64,000 nucleotides of DNA from Balanoglossus misakiensis (lineage: Eukaryota; Animalia; Hemichordata). Below, piece after piece: positions 26,501 to 38,322 of this stretch; within the stretch, counting starts at the first letter, position 1; each line of letters opens with the position of its first letter. The position numbers were made by a program, and so were the translations under genes. The notes below the pieces were generated by a model that was not told the DNA's origin, made no database searches, and saw only the letters and a list, made by a program, of their open reading frames with translations. Location: NCBI GenBank assembly GCA_040954595.2, contig CM082577.2, positions 9,511,846-9,575,845 on the forward strand, in the 5' to 3' direction.

Positions 26501-29500
26501 TCCTGAACACGACCCATCAAAACACTGACTAGGCCTTTGACGTGTTCGTTGTAATTACCTGCAATTCGGAGGGAAATACAGGTTCTTGTGTTGGGTCGTA
26601 CGGTGCAAAATCACTTGGTTGGAAAAGTCCAGACACCATCTGAAAAGAAGTTGATGAATGTTAGAGAGAGAGGCCATAATGCATATAGGCACTATGCTTA
26701 ATAATAATTATTTCTGTTGTGCTACACTTAACAATAGTTTCGAAGTTCACAAAAATTGTAGACATAACTATAAGTGGCACGCGTGCACATTTCCTGAGAC
26801 AACGTTCCACCATCTAACATGCAACTGTCGTAGCTCCACCGAACATTTTCTTGTGATTCTGTCATCATACTCACATCGCTGCCTTCTCCTTCCAATCCCT
26901 GGCATGCTGATGGGTTTCCACAGCAACCATTCTGGGTAAAAACGGGTTAATATCATGAATACAATCAGAGAATACGTCCCAGAGGCCGACGCAGCAATCT
27001 TTAAAGCCGTGTAACACATGTTACTGCAAACATAACAATTGTAACCTATGTAGTATAATTATTATACCTTCTGTGAATTGCACCAAAATTGTGGCCAGGT
27101 GCCTTTTCAGATAATTCGTGCTTGAGTATTCTACCCGAATAATAAACACACTATTACTTTCAGCTTCCATGAAATATTAATAGTAATAAAAATATAACAA
27201 TATCGATTACTTCGGTGAATGTTTGCAATCCTTCCAATATCGGTCGATACCCAGTGCATCGACACAGATTTCCAGTCAGGGAATGCTGGATGTCAGCAAA
27301 GTGTGGTTGCGGATTATTTCGTAGTAGTGTGTACATGGACATCACCATTCCGGGAGTACAGAATCCACACTGTAGCCCATGGGCCTTTGCAAGACGTTCC
27401 TGTTTGGGAAAACAACAAAAAACGACCAATTTATGTCATACATGTATCAATTGACAGAAAGGTATATGAAGGAAAACTTATATAGAGTGTAACCTCAAAT
27501 TCACATTCATTATAAGTAAAAATTAATATATTCAAAGTCACATAAATAACAGTTTTAGATATTCTGTACCCACCTGCACTGGATGGAGTTTAGTTCTTGT
27601 TGAACCGATTCCTTCCACTGTAGTCACGGCCATGCCATGTACAGCACAGATTGGAGTGTAGCAGGCATTGATAGCGTGGTGTCTTAATGACAGCATTGTC
27701 ATAGGAAAACCAGCAAACTAATAAGTCTGTATATTTATGTATGACTTTTCGTCATTTTCCAATTATGAACTTTTGTATTTCAGCTAAATAAACTTATTGT
27801 ATGTAGTCAGTAAATTTCTGCAACATTTCGTAATAGCCTATGAGGGAGGAAACTTATTTTAAAAAGAGACATCAAAACATTGTCGTCGCACAGTACGTTT
27901 GAAACCAATTATTGTTCTACACAATATTGCAGTGCAATACTTCATTTTGTATATTTTTGCTACTTTCTTGTTATTCACAAATTAAACATTCGAGTAATTG
28001 ATGTTCCTGCATTAAAACGTCAATAATGATCCAATACTATAGATTCGTTTATTCTTTCGGTCAAAGTTCGCAGACGTAGTTCAAGATCTAATTGAAGTGG
28101 ATACAGTATCTTCTCTTGTAGGTTGTCATATCTTGATAGCATGACAGTACATGCGCCGCAGCCGCCTTCACCACAGCTGTATTTACTTCCTTTCAAATGT
28201 ACTGTGACGTCGTCAAGGAAACTGTCCGTGGGCATATCTTTCCCATGCCACGTCACCATTTGCCCCCGTATTATTACATCTAAGGTTCAGGCAGATGGGT
28301 CGATAACAATCACTATATCGTAGACGTTGCTTAAAACGTCGAAATGAATTTAAGCAAAACTGTGAGATTTCGAGGTTACACGTCTAATTATGACATCTTT
28401 ACATGAAAAGTAGTGACATTTATCACAAAGCTGTCCTGCTCAAAATGCAACACACGACTACTGATATTTTGGGGGAATGGGCATTTCTTTTCTTCTGTTT
28501 CACCCCTTTACCGACTTCCAGTCACCCTCCTTCATCAATGTCAAGAAAGAACATATAGCCTAAACATTGCCCAGTCTGTGTATTCAAAGGGTATGCTAAG
28601 TCTGTCATTCGACCAATCACTTGTCTGTGCTTTCAGACTGAGTCATTTGACTTGTAGACAGGAACAAGATAGCCTGATAGCCGATGTAATGTTTCGTCGA
28701 GTCCAAAGGTGGTTTATGCAAATTTCTCAAGAAATGAGCTGAAACTGTTCTAATGTTTACTTAATCTGGCTGTATCTCTGTAACGACCTTCAAGTTTTTT
28801 TGTTTTCTTTCGACATATGTTGACTTCTTTCTGTTCAGGTTTCCTATCATTTTATAATGAATTTGTCTCCATATCTGTACCAGGCACCAAAATAGCAAAA
28901 TCCCTTGTCGTAAGTACGATTTTCATTGGTAATTAGCCGACTCGAACTCATTACGTCGACAACACCGTCTAGCCGCTGTGCCGCATGCGACTACTAGGCC
29001 GTGTTAAACCCCCAAAACTTGGTCAAACGTGCCGAGTAAGAAACACACGAAAAAACACAATCTAATCACGGTCATTTTCGCATCATTTTTCCAATCACGA
29101 GGAGCAAGGATACACTTTCTTCTGAGGTATGATAACAGAGACACCTCAGGATCCACATCGTGGTCCACTACCTGTGGAAAAGTGTTGATACGTCAATGAT
29201 TAGATAAATATATAAACTTTTTCACTTTTCTTAGATTATTCAGATTTGCAATAGTGCACTAGCATCTCAATTTTGTTGATAAAAACACAATGAGAAATCA
29301 AAACGAAATTTGTCCAACCTCATGAACAGATATGGCTGCCAAATATCCAATGTGGTATTTAATATTATGCAAATTAATCATAAACATTCATAAGCATTAA
29401 AGGCAACCAGCGAGGCAACCATAAACTCTGGCTACACCTTCAAACGGCACCCCTGCTTGCCGGAATGCTAATTTTGGCAATGCAGCTTTAATATGGCGGT

Positions 29501-30651
29501 GAGGGAGCTGCTGTTCCCAGGTTGTTATGACCACTGAAGGGGACACGCCCCTCGCCTGCTCGAATCTGCATTTCCACAGCGAGTTGGCTTGACCCAAGGT
29601 TGTATCGAGGGGATACCAAGGAGTTTGGCTGCACGGTGGTATATAAGTGGCCGTCGTGTTATTATAGGCTGCACCTGATCACATCGCCCCTTCCTCGTCT
29701 GCCATGCAGCGCTACCTTGACGATAAGATCACCATGGGCTCTGTTGGAGCTTACACTAGCAAGACACGATGTCAGATAGAATGGCTCAAAATACTCGACA
29801 TCAATCACATATTCGCATGACAGCCATTCTGTACTACCAAGCTGCTGCCGAGTGTTTGATTGATTGAAATCCAAGACAGATATGTTATCACCCGCGCCTT
29901 CGCTGATAAAGCTGCTCACGTCATTGTATTTGTCTGTAAGGATTGATTGCTGATTATTTTATTTGTAAACCATTTCGAAATTGCTTTGTGTCGAATATAA
30001 AAAAACGTTCTTCGTTCTTTGCACAACGCCAATTTCATCCAGCTACACCTCCCTAAATAAATTGAGTTGTCCCTAGGTGAAACAGCTGGTGCGCAAGGTG
30101 ACCCAATTCTCTAAACCATGGCCACCTTTGGTGAAATGTTCCGCGAAAAAAAAACACATGTACATACACTGTGCATTAAATCGTTGTGTCCGAATTACTC
30201 CTTCGGGTTTCGCTGGCATGATCAGTGCGTAGTAGATACGTGTGTGGTAGGCTATAGGCTCTACAAGACTGTGTGACACGACACAGACTATCCGCACGCA
30301 AAAAACAGGCATAGCCTTGACCTGCAGTACTGCAGCAAGCAGGCTCAAAATGCCGGTAGAATGGCTATAAGCTCTATAAGCCCACACGCGACTGTTTGCA
30401 GACATGTCCGTACGCAATCTGATAAAAAAATCCCGTGCAGAGATATGTGTCGGTTGTTTCGCTTGCATCGTACTGGACTTTACTTCCGCGGCCATCGACT
30501 ACAATACGCACGCTTCGAGCGAAACGTGGCATTTAAATCAGATTGATTCGGTACGTTGTCGGCGCAGCCCTGAGCCTGGCCGACCATGACTACGGAAATG
30601 GTCTTAACTCACCTTCCTTCCGTTCACGAAGAAGACAAACGCGTCACCCAT
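16138..30651 (-). CDS. Xanthine dehydrogenase/aldehyde oxidase-family molybdo-flavoenzyme, copy B (multi-exon, apparently intact)
   Basis: Exon 1 30651-30613 ([13 protein letters not shown]), exon 2 29171-29114, exon 3 28201-28105, exon 4 27682-27574, next exon from 27399. Exon-for-exon paralogue of copy A, with the same 2Fe-2S, FAD and Moco motifs. Terminal exon 16185-16138 reads [15 protein letters not shown]. Confidence 0.95.
23369..23558. repeat. Compound (TATG)n(TG)n(TATG)n microsatellite
   Basis: Seen directly. Confidence 0.95.
27683..29113 (-). other. Two adjacent U12-type GT-AG introns flanking exon 3 of copy B
   Basis: Intron 2 (29113-28202): GTATCCTTG ... TTTCCTTGAC ... CAG. Intron 3 (28104-27683): GTATCCACTT ... 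TTTTCCTATGAC ... AAG. Confidence 0.8.
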
Positions 30652-31336
30652 TACAACTCCAGCATCTGAGGTTGAACGAGCAATGATTAAGTGCAGGATA
30701 AGGGGCTGAACAGAATTAAAGGGGAGAGGGCTGGTACAATGTTGGGGGGGGGGGCTCCCGAATCGACTATAATTTGAAATTCAAAATGTTCTCTGTGTTA
30801 GCTCTATGGAGAATAATTACAGTAGAGATTTTTTATGCTTTCATCTTCATATTTTTAAGATGTTGGTATTGAAACAAAAGCATATTATACCCCACTGGCC
30901 AAAAGGACTTTGTACCTTTTCTGGGAAATACTGAACTAACTAAATTCACCTATATCGAGGGAATTATGGGAACGGTGTAGAAAGGAATTTGAGTTCGTTC
31001 ACATGAATCATGACCCTCCCCAATTGGTAAAATATGACCCTTCCCTTGTCAACTCACAGGTGTGACAGGTACAGGTCACTATAACAGTGACGTAATTCTT
31101 CCAGCACTGGAGCAGCTGTGGCCGGTGCCGTTAGAGCGCCCTCAACATGTTCTGGATGTCATTTGTTCATTCTCGAGCTCCAATCATATGGTTTATATAG
31201 TATCGCACAGGTCGGATGCAGTGCGGAATAATCGTTGTGATGTTGGCGGGCGTTAGTTGTTTGCGCTTGCAAAATACCGGCCCTATAAACCAGCAACGAG
31301 AGTCATTATCAAACGCCCCTGGCTCTTCGTTGTGGT

Positions 31337-31443
31337 TAGTCTGGTTCCCTGCCCCAATCCCACCGCTGGCTGCGCTACGCTAAAGGGAAAGGGTTAGGGT
31401 TAGGGTTAGGCCAGCGGTGGGATTGGGGCAGGGAACCAGACTA
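31337..31443. mobile_element. 107-bp MITE with perfect 34-bp TIRs, 9-bp TSD and internal telomeric repeats
   Basis: TIR TAGTCTGGTTCCCTGCCCCAATCCCACCGCTGGC (31337-31370) and its exact reverse complement (31410-31443). CGTTGTGGT flanks both sides (31328-31336, 31444-31452). GGGTTAGGGTTAGGGTTAGG lies in the loop. Confidence 0.9.
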
Positions 31444-32480
31444 CGTTGTGGTTAGTGCATAGAGGTTGTAGCAAGTCTCTCAAAGAGGGAAGGACCCCCA
31501 ACAAAAACAACATAAACACTCAACAAATAATGAAATGCGAAAATGAGTTGTGACGGTGTTACTTGGCAAATTGGCCATATATTTTGACAATCTTGAGGTA
31601 TGCATTGTATATTGACCCACGTAAATGAGTACTAAAGCGGACCTTTGGGCTGGTATGAAATTGGCTTGGTAACTTTACTGATCATGACATGTATATGTTC
31701 AGAACTTTGTACAGGGCCCTGGTAATATACGAAAACAACTACCAAATAAGAGCAATAAAACGCATCCGGGATGCACCCGGATGAAGCTATAAGGATACCG
31801 AGACTCGTATTACTGTTGTATCTAAGACGAAAACAACTACTAAATTAAAGCTGCAAGCAGCGTTGGCGGGGCCCAATGCAAGGTAATGTGCAAAGCAGAA
31901 ATCGAAATCATACAGTTGCACTTCAGAAGTGTTACTTAACATTACTTAGTCTAGTAAATGACTGCTTAGGTAATAAATGCAGTGGGACAGCATGAAGCAA
32001 TGTAATCTGAGGAATCACATAAACTGAACAATAGTGATTGGGTGTAAGGTGATTGCAGGGCTTATATGAATTGGAAAAATGTTACCCATCCTCACAATTC
32101 CCAGCCAGGGGTATCAGGCTTGACGTTAGTTTTGGAAGCAAAGCGGACAAAATACGACTGTGTGAAAAATCTTAGTTCTTACAAATTTTTGGTTCTCGCA
32201 GAAAACGGTTTTCATCATGTTTTAGCAAAATCCAATATAGCCACTACAAAGTTCGACTAGTCACTATGTACTAAGAAAAAAGATGAATTCCATCTATATC
32301 AATGATGGTGGCCGATCGGTCGCAGGCCTTGCATGGGCCCCAATTAAAATCTTTGAAATGTTGAAAGCACGTCCAGGATTTTGAGGCTATCCCAAATTTA
32401 TGTAGTGAAGACCAGAGCGTGGTCAAAACATCCTGGTTATGATCCGGTTGCAGGGATAAAGTTACTGGGATGCATTGGGA

Positions 32481-32486
32481 TATAAA
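32481..32486 (+). promoter_or_regulatory. TATA box of the Dae4-like gene
   Basis: TATAAA 79 nt upstream of an ATG in strong Kozak context (CACCATGG). Confidence 0.6.
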
Positions 32487-32559
32487 GCGCGCGACAGATA
32501 GAGAAGCGCACACATCGACAGGGTAGCAGTGCACTGTTGGCTATCGCGGCTTTGTCACC

Positions 32560-33296
32560 ATGGACTTCAAGATTTTTTTCCTACTGTTTGCATTCATGGC
32601 AACCTCAGAAGGTAAGTCGTTTAAAGGCCCATGAGCTGCAACATTAGGATAACTATCGTAATTATCTAAGCCTCATATATGTAACAGCGATAAATCGGCT
32701 GATGTCGACGTGATCAGCGAAAACGGTTTATGAAATGTCAGCCTATAGGCTGACATTTCATAAACCGTTTAGGCTTTCGTATAATATAACGGTCACCAAT
32801 TGGTATTTTTAGACATAGCACCAGTAACTATACCAAACATTGTATCCAAATGTAATCCATTGAGACATTACAATTTCATTTTTCGTTGCAATACTTCAGT
32901 TATTTTAAAATTGCGGGAAAGATATTTTTTTATTCTTTCTTTCAATGTTTTCATGAAAAAAAGTTTTATCTGTACATACTAAATGTCATTTAATAGACAT
33001 AGCATATTTTTATCCAGTTAAATTGCATTGGTGACCGTGTACTAACTCTGACTATCTGCAGCATGGTGGTTCAAGGGTGGTGGGCGTGGACATGAAACAA
33101 GCAACTCGAACGACTGGCCAAGCTTTTCAACCATGTGGAGTAACTATCCACGTTATAACGGCTACTCATCTCACCAGCTCATTCAGAAGTGTAAGCTCCG
33201 TAGCTGGTTGGACGTACCTGGTCTCAATACATGTGCCATTCGTGTCAGTAATTCCTTGATCAGTTCTGGTAAGTATTGGTTTATTCACTGTATGTA

Positions 33297-33349
<53 letters not shown>

Positions 33350-34176
33350 ACGTATGTATGTATGTATGTATGTATGTATGTATGTATGTATGTATGTATG
33401 TATGTATGTATGTATGTATGTATGTATGTATGTATGTATGTATGTATGTATGTATGTATGTATGAATGTCACGTAAGACATTAAAAATAATGGGAAAATT
33501 ATTTGTTCTAGGAAAGAATTTGAATGACTTAACTGGGTGTAACTGGTCTGGTACCACCAATACCGATGGAGACAAGTACATTATTCGCGTTAACACCATG
33601 AATTGCTACCTGGTGCAGCAAGGGAAATCTTACATTGAGGGGGACAGCGAGCAGGACTTCCGGGTAAGAAACAAATAAATGAAATGAGCTCATTTAGTTT
33701 AATGAACTTGGGTCAAGATGGGTTTGTTTGTTTGTTTTTTTTTTTGGGGGGGGGGGGGGTCCGACATCGGTGAATGTGTAGATAGTGATCACTTGGTGTT
33801 ATGACTTGAGAAAGGTTGGTTGATCGGTAGTCTGGATTCCAGACTATTTGATCGGCGACTGACTTTTGACGGGTGATTGGGTTGGTTGGTGGGTAGGTGG
33901 GTGGGTGGGTGTGTAGGTGGATGGATGATCTCCCACGCCCCCCCCCCCCCATTCATCAATTGGTTGGCTGGACAAGCCGGCCATGCATCGAGTCACACAT
34001 GGCATATGACACGTGCACTCGACATTGCTTCATTTCAGAGTCACAATGGTGTAATTGTGTTCCGAAGCTGTAGCTTCAGTGATGCTACTGGTCACGTGGA
34101 TTTGTGGAATGGATACTCATGTGCTGGGAACTGTTACTTCCACGAATGCTCAGACATTCGACTGTTCGAGTGGTAA
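32560..34176 (+). CDS. Secreted Tae4-family peptidoglycan amidase (domesticated amidase effector, Dae4-like), 182 aa, 4 exons
   Basis: Exons 32560-32611, 33062-33268, 33512-33663 and 34039-34176; all GT-AG and phase-compatible (549 nt). Signal peptide MDFKIFFLLFAFMATSEA. Motifs WPSFSTMWSNYP, NTCAIRVSNSL (catalytic Cys), DGDKYIIRVNTM and GVIVF..SDATGHVDLWNG.SCAGNCYF (catalytic His) match bacterial Tae4 motifs as recalled (NACPIRMSYVL, DKKRYMFRVKDM, GIIIF...DATGHVTLWNG). Confidence 0.9.
32721..32770. repeat. Perfect 50-bp palindrome in intron 1 of the Dae4-like gene
   Basis: AAACGGTTTATGAAATGTCAGCCTA followed directly by its reverse complement TAGGCTGACATTTCATAAACCGTTT. Confidence 0.95.
33290..33464. 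repeat. Compound (TG)n/(TATG)n microsatellite in intron 2 of the Dae4-like gene
   Basis: Seen directly. Confidence 0.95.
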
Positions 34177-34509
34177 ACTAACCCGACAGCCTGGCATGGT
34201 TTAGACACAGAAAGCTTTTGTTATGATTTCCATTATTCCACTTTTACTGTCGTTTAACAAAAACGTGGTAGCATATACATAAGTGGTTACTAAATATCCC
34301 AGACAATTGTTTTGATATTGCATGTGTTCTGTATTGCTAGTTCTATGTTCTGCCAGAATTCTAGAATATGATGACACTCTAAAACAAGTTTTCCTCAAAA
34401 TTTTCACAAAACGTACATTTATCATGTTCGGTTTTCCGTCTAATCGTCGAATACTCATTAGTTGTATGAATTCGACTATTAATTCAGGTTTGAATATTAC
34501 GTAACGTAC

Positions 34510-34612
34510 CAATCTGATTAAAATCAGATGTAGGGAACGGCGACTTGGGTTTTTTTATGCTGTAAAAAAATCCCCAAGTCGCCGTTCCCTACATATGATT
34601 TTAATCAGATTG
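34510..34612. mobile_element. Hairpin MITE (CAATCTG...CAGATTG) with perfect 9-bp TSD
   Basis: Near-perfect inverted repeat flanked by GTAACGTAC on both sides (34501-34509, 34613-34621). Same family as 4415-4539. Confidence 0.85.
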
Positions 34613-37600
34613 GTAACGTACAGTCCTGTGTAATCATAAATGAAAGAGAGAAATAAAATTGGAAATAAAAATTGCAAAAAATAAATTTCCCCTTTCGTGT
34701 ACCATCTCAGACATTTAAAACGTAGTTTAATGTCATGTCACAACACCAAATTGCCAAGCTGTGAACGACGGTAGATGTGTCAAATACAAATTAGTTTCAG
34801 CCAGCCACCAGTACGTAAAATTCTTTATGTGAGTGTGAATTGGTGATTTTTGATGGAATTTCTGGCGTTCTCACAACTCTTTTCCAACACCAAATTGATG
34901 TCATGACATAGTGCTCAAGCAATGTCTCAACCTGTTTCACCATCCAGTCCACAAGAAATGGAAGCTTTGGAATACGTGTGATGTGATTTAAGATGGCATT
35001 TGCAGAAAATGTACTTTTCTTTACTATTCAACGTTTCCTGTTTTTGCTCTGTAGTTTGATTGTGTTGCAGCTAATAAAGCAAATACGCGTAATCCTATGT
35101 ACGTGTTGACCCAGGTGTATTTTGTTTCTGACTAGTTGAAACGCGCGCGATCTTGTTCTGACTTTGCCTACATAAATACATATGTAGAAACTCACCAAAA
35201 ACCTGGTTGCAAAACCTCTCTTCGTCACGTCTCTTTGTTCGTATACAAACTGTGAGTGTAGCGCAGCGCCCCCATTGAGCAAGAACGAGTCTAGTCTTTG
35301 TTTTTTTGCCACTGTCATGTGACTGACTTATTCCGCGTCTCTGCTGTAGTCAGATGCGCGCCACGTTTTATCATCCGGAGTAGGTCAATTTCGCGAACCT
35401 CTGAGTGCGGGGTCGCTGACACATCCACTCGCTCAACTCCTGGAAATTTTACAATGAAAACTTGTCTGGGTCCAGAAGGGTTAAAAAAAGTGGCTGGGTC
35501 AATCATAGAGCATCTCCATTGATGTCTTAGTTGTTTGAATTCCTAAAAATATATTAAAAGCGCGACTTTGAAGGTGTGTGGTCGGAAAGGTTGGTCTTTC
35601 CAGACACACATGCCCATCGTCGAGGAATGTTGCTGGCTACAAAACTTCATGGGACGGCGACACAGTCGCCCGTCCTCTAAAATTCAGGTCCTACATTTTA
35701 CCACACATACACGGAAACAGAGAGACCTAGTGGACGACAATCATTCTTACCTTTATATGGGTGTCCTTGTAAGCTTTACACGTTTTCAACGGCTCACCAT
35801 TACGCTTGTTGATCAGCCTTTTTCTGTCACAGTGTTACCCCCACCTGTCTTATCAGTTGCTAATCCAGAATACTAGCTACCGAATTTCCCATTAAGCACC
35901 TGCTAACGACTTAATCTGTGTGCCCCATCCACGGATTTAGTGGATTAAGTAAACATCGGTCAGTTCTCACTTGGTAAACCAGTACTCGCTTGATTATTAT
36001 GGTAGTCCGAGAGGTTGGCCCGCACACGATACACAAATAATCCCTCAGCAGAAAATGAAATAACCACAACAACGCCAAAAATGAGCGACTGCAATAAACG
36101 TCCTTGACGGACCAATCACAGTCTCGTACCGATTGATACTCGATCACATGTATATTCAAGGGTGGCCACAAAAAGTTACACTTTTATACAAAGAACATCT
36201 GTGATGTCACGAGATATGAAAAAAACTCCAGACAGGCCATATGTATTCGTTTTCTACCAAGTACACGTTCGACTGCAAACCCCCATAGATCGACATCGTT
36301 CATGTATCAAGTGCATTTTCGCAATCTGATCGTGAATAATCAGATGTGCAGAATTTTGATCAATCGCCTCCTTGCTTGTTGTGTGTTTTCGTCACGGCCT
36401 TGTCTTTATATACCTCGCTACTGGCTAAGCATGATAAGGGAAAAGACGTGAAATGAAACAACGTAGAAAAAATGTAATCGCATGAAGACGAAAAGGACAC
36501 TTTCAGAGGCAGATGGATGTGACAATTATCGGAACTCGACAGCATGATCGAGAATGGACACAATTAAAGCGTCAGAGGTCAAACGGCATTTATTAATATT
36601 TTTTAATAAATGATATTGGCATACCTAGCAATATTCCCGGTTGCTCCATTTCTACATTTCATAGTATGAATTCTTTGAGCTCATACAATATGCAATGCTT
36701 GACTACAAATTGAATTACACCCCCGTTGAATTATATGAACGATTGCCCTTATAATTAAGATTGATTGACAAGACACCTGTGACAAACATATTTTGTTCTC
36801 CTAGAACGGAAAGTGTTCAACCGTGACGTCACAAGTCTGGGTTACTTCACAGTGCATACGACGCTTGACTCCCGTGTTAGTAAGTTACAGCCCCGCTCTT
36901 CTGCTAAAAAGATTACTTTGTGCGTTGGCTTTTTTCTCTTCGTTTTCATTTCAAGAGCAAATTATGGTTTCCGTACGAGTTTCACTGGACGCCTTGTCTT
37001 CAAGTTCTGCTTCAAAGAATCGTGAATCTCAGAAAATATGTAGATGCGGGGGACAACATCCTTACAGTCCAGTAACTCCCAAATAGAATAAATTCATTTC
37101 TTCGCCCGTTAGTCAACGAAGTTCACGACACACATACGCCAATTTCACATGTAACGTGTCAATGAATGTGTAATAAACGCCGCCTGATGTCATTGTGGTT
37201 TCGAGCGCGTGGTTTCCATAGAGACAGTGGACAACGTGTTGTTCGTGTCGAAACGATCAATCAAGTGCGCTTTGGCAGCGCAGCTCAGCGCCCTTCCAAT
37301 TATTCCCGAGGTTGTTTTCACAACTTTTTTACTCGAAAACAGGGAGGACGCTCCGCCTTGTAATAAACAACATCTTCCTTGCTTGCTTTCGAACAATAAA
37401 CCGAACTGTATTGACAAAGGCATGGGGTAATTGGTCACCATGATTACTTGGCCGTTGCACTTTGCCCCTTTTCCAATTGGGGTCATCGGGTTCGAGATGT
37501 TCTAAATTTTCACCAGTAAAATGCAACAAACCACCGCACGGGAGTCCTGTAAGAAACCTAGTTTCTTTCCATACAGTTGTTTGTGATGTTCGAAATATGT

Positions 37601-38322
37601 TCAAAAACCGGTAGTCACAACTCAACTCACGCTCTGTATATGCTTATAACTTAACCCACGGTACAATTTTTAATTAACTAAAATTAAATTTAAATGTTGG
37701 AAATACTAGTATTCACACGTTGTGACTTGTGTCCACATATACGGGGCACGAGTTGGGCGTTACGACCGGCCATTTCGGAGTATTGCAATAACTTTGAAGC
37801 CGAGGACATGGAAAATCCCATAAAACAGAAAATGATCAGAATAGTGTCAGAAGCGAGCGATTTTTCGCCTTTAATCTGTGAAGCTTGAATTGACTCGAAG
37901 AACACTCTCTTTGATAAGTATGTCATTCGTTCAGAGATGGACGGGTAGAACTTGCGATAATCACCGCAGCGGGGACGCACCCACCTGTTGAGTTGGCATT
38001 CCAATGAACTTCAGGTCGTGACGTAAGACGGCTCTGGTGTAACACGGTAGCCGTCGCGCTGTCAGTACGCGGATGACGCGTGTTTATCGTGGGAAGTGAA
38101 AACAGTGGAGTGGCTAATAGCAGGGGCGCGCATAATCTCGCTGCCAGATCTAACTCCAGTGATCGTCCGAAGCGGGTCGGTATGGGGCGTGTGTCTTCTA
38201 AGGGCTGTTGAGTTCGACATATCACAAGAGGTTTGATGCTCTTCATCAGAGAGACTTAGTCCAGTGAAGTACAACTTGTCGCGAACAACTTTGTGACCAG
38301 TGGTTCGGTGATCAACTTCAAG

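Noticed and set aside
627-30651. Possibility that one oxidase copy is a pseudogene, uses Sec/readthrough, or is an assembly duplicate
   Set aside because: The exons read were open with compatible phases and no in-frame TGA. Introns are unrelated and many exons are well diverged, so these are true paralogues.
32560-34176. Bacterial contamination as the source of the Tae4-like sequence
   Set aside because: It has three spliceosomal introns with host microsatellites, a TATA box and Kozak context, and is contiguous with animal genes.
36813-38274. Cluster of short ORFs upstream of the ankyrin gene (also 29397-30589 and 41122-45340)
   Set aside because: No recognisable domains or consistent splice structure; left unassigned, although decayed transposon fragments or UTR exons are possible.
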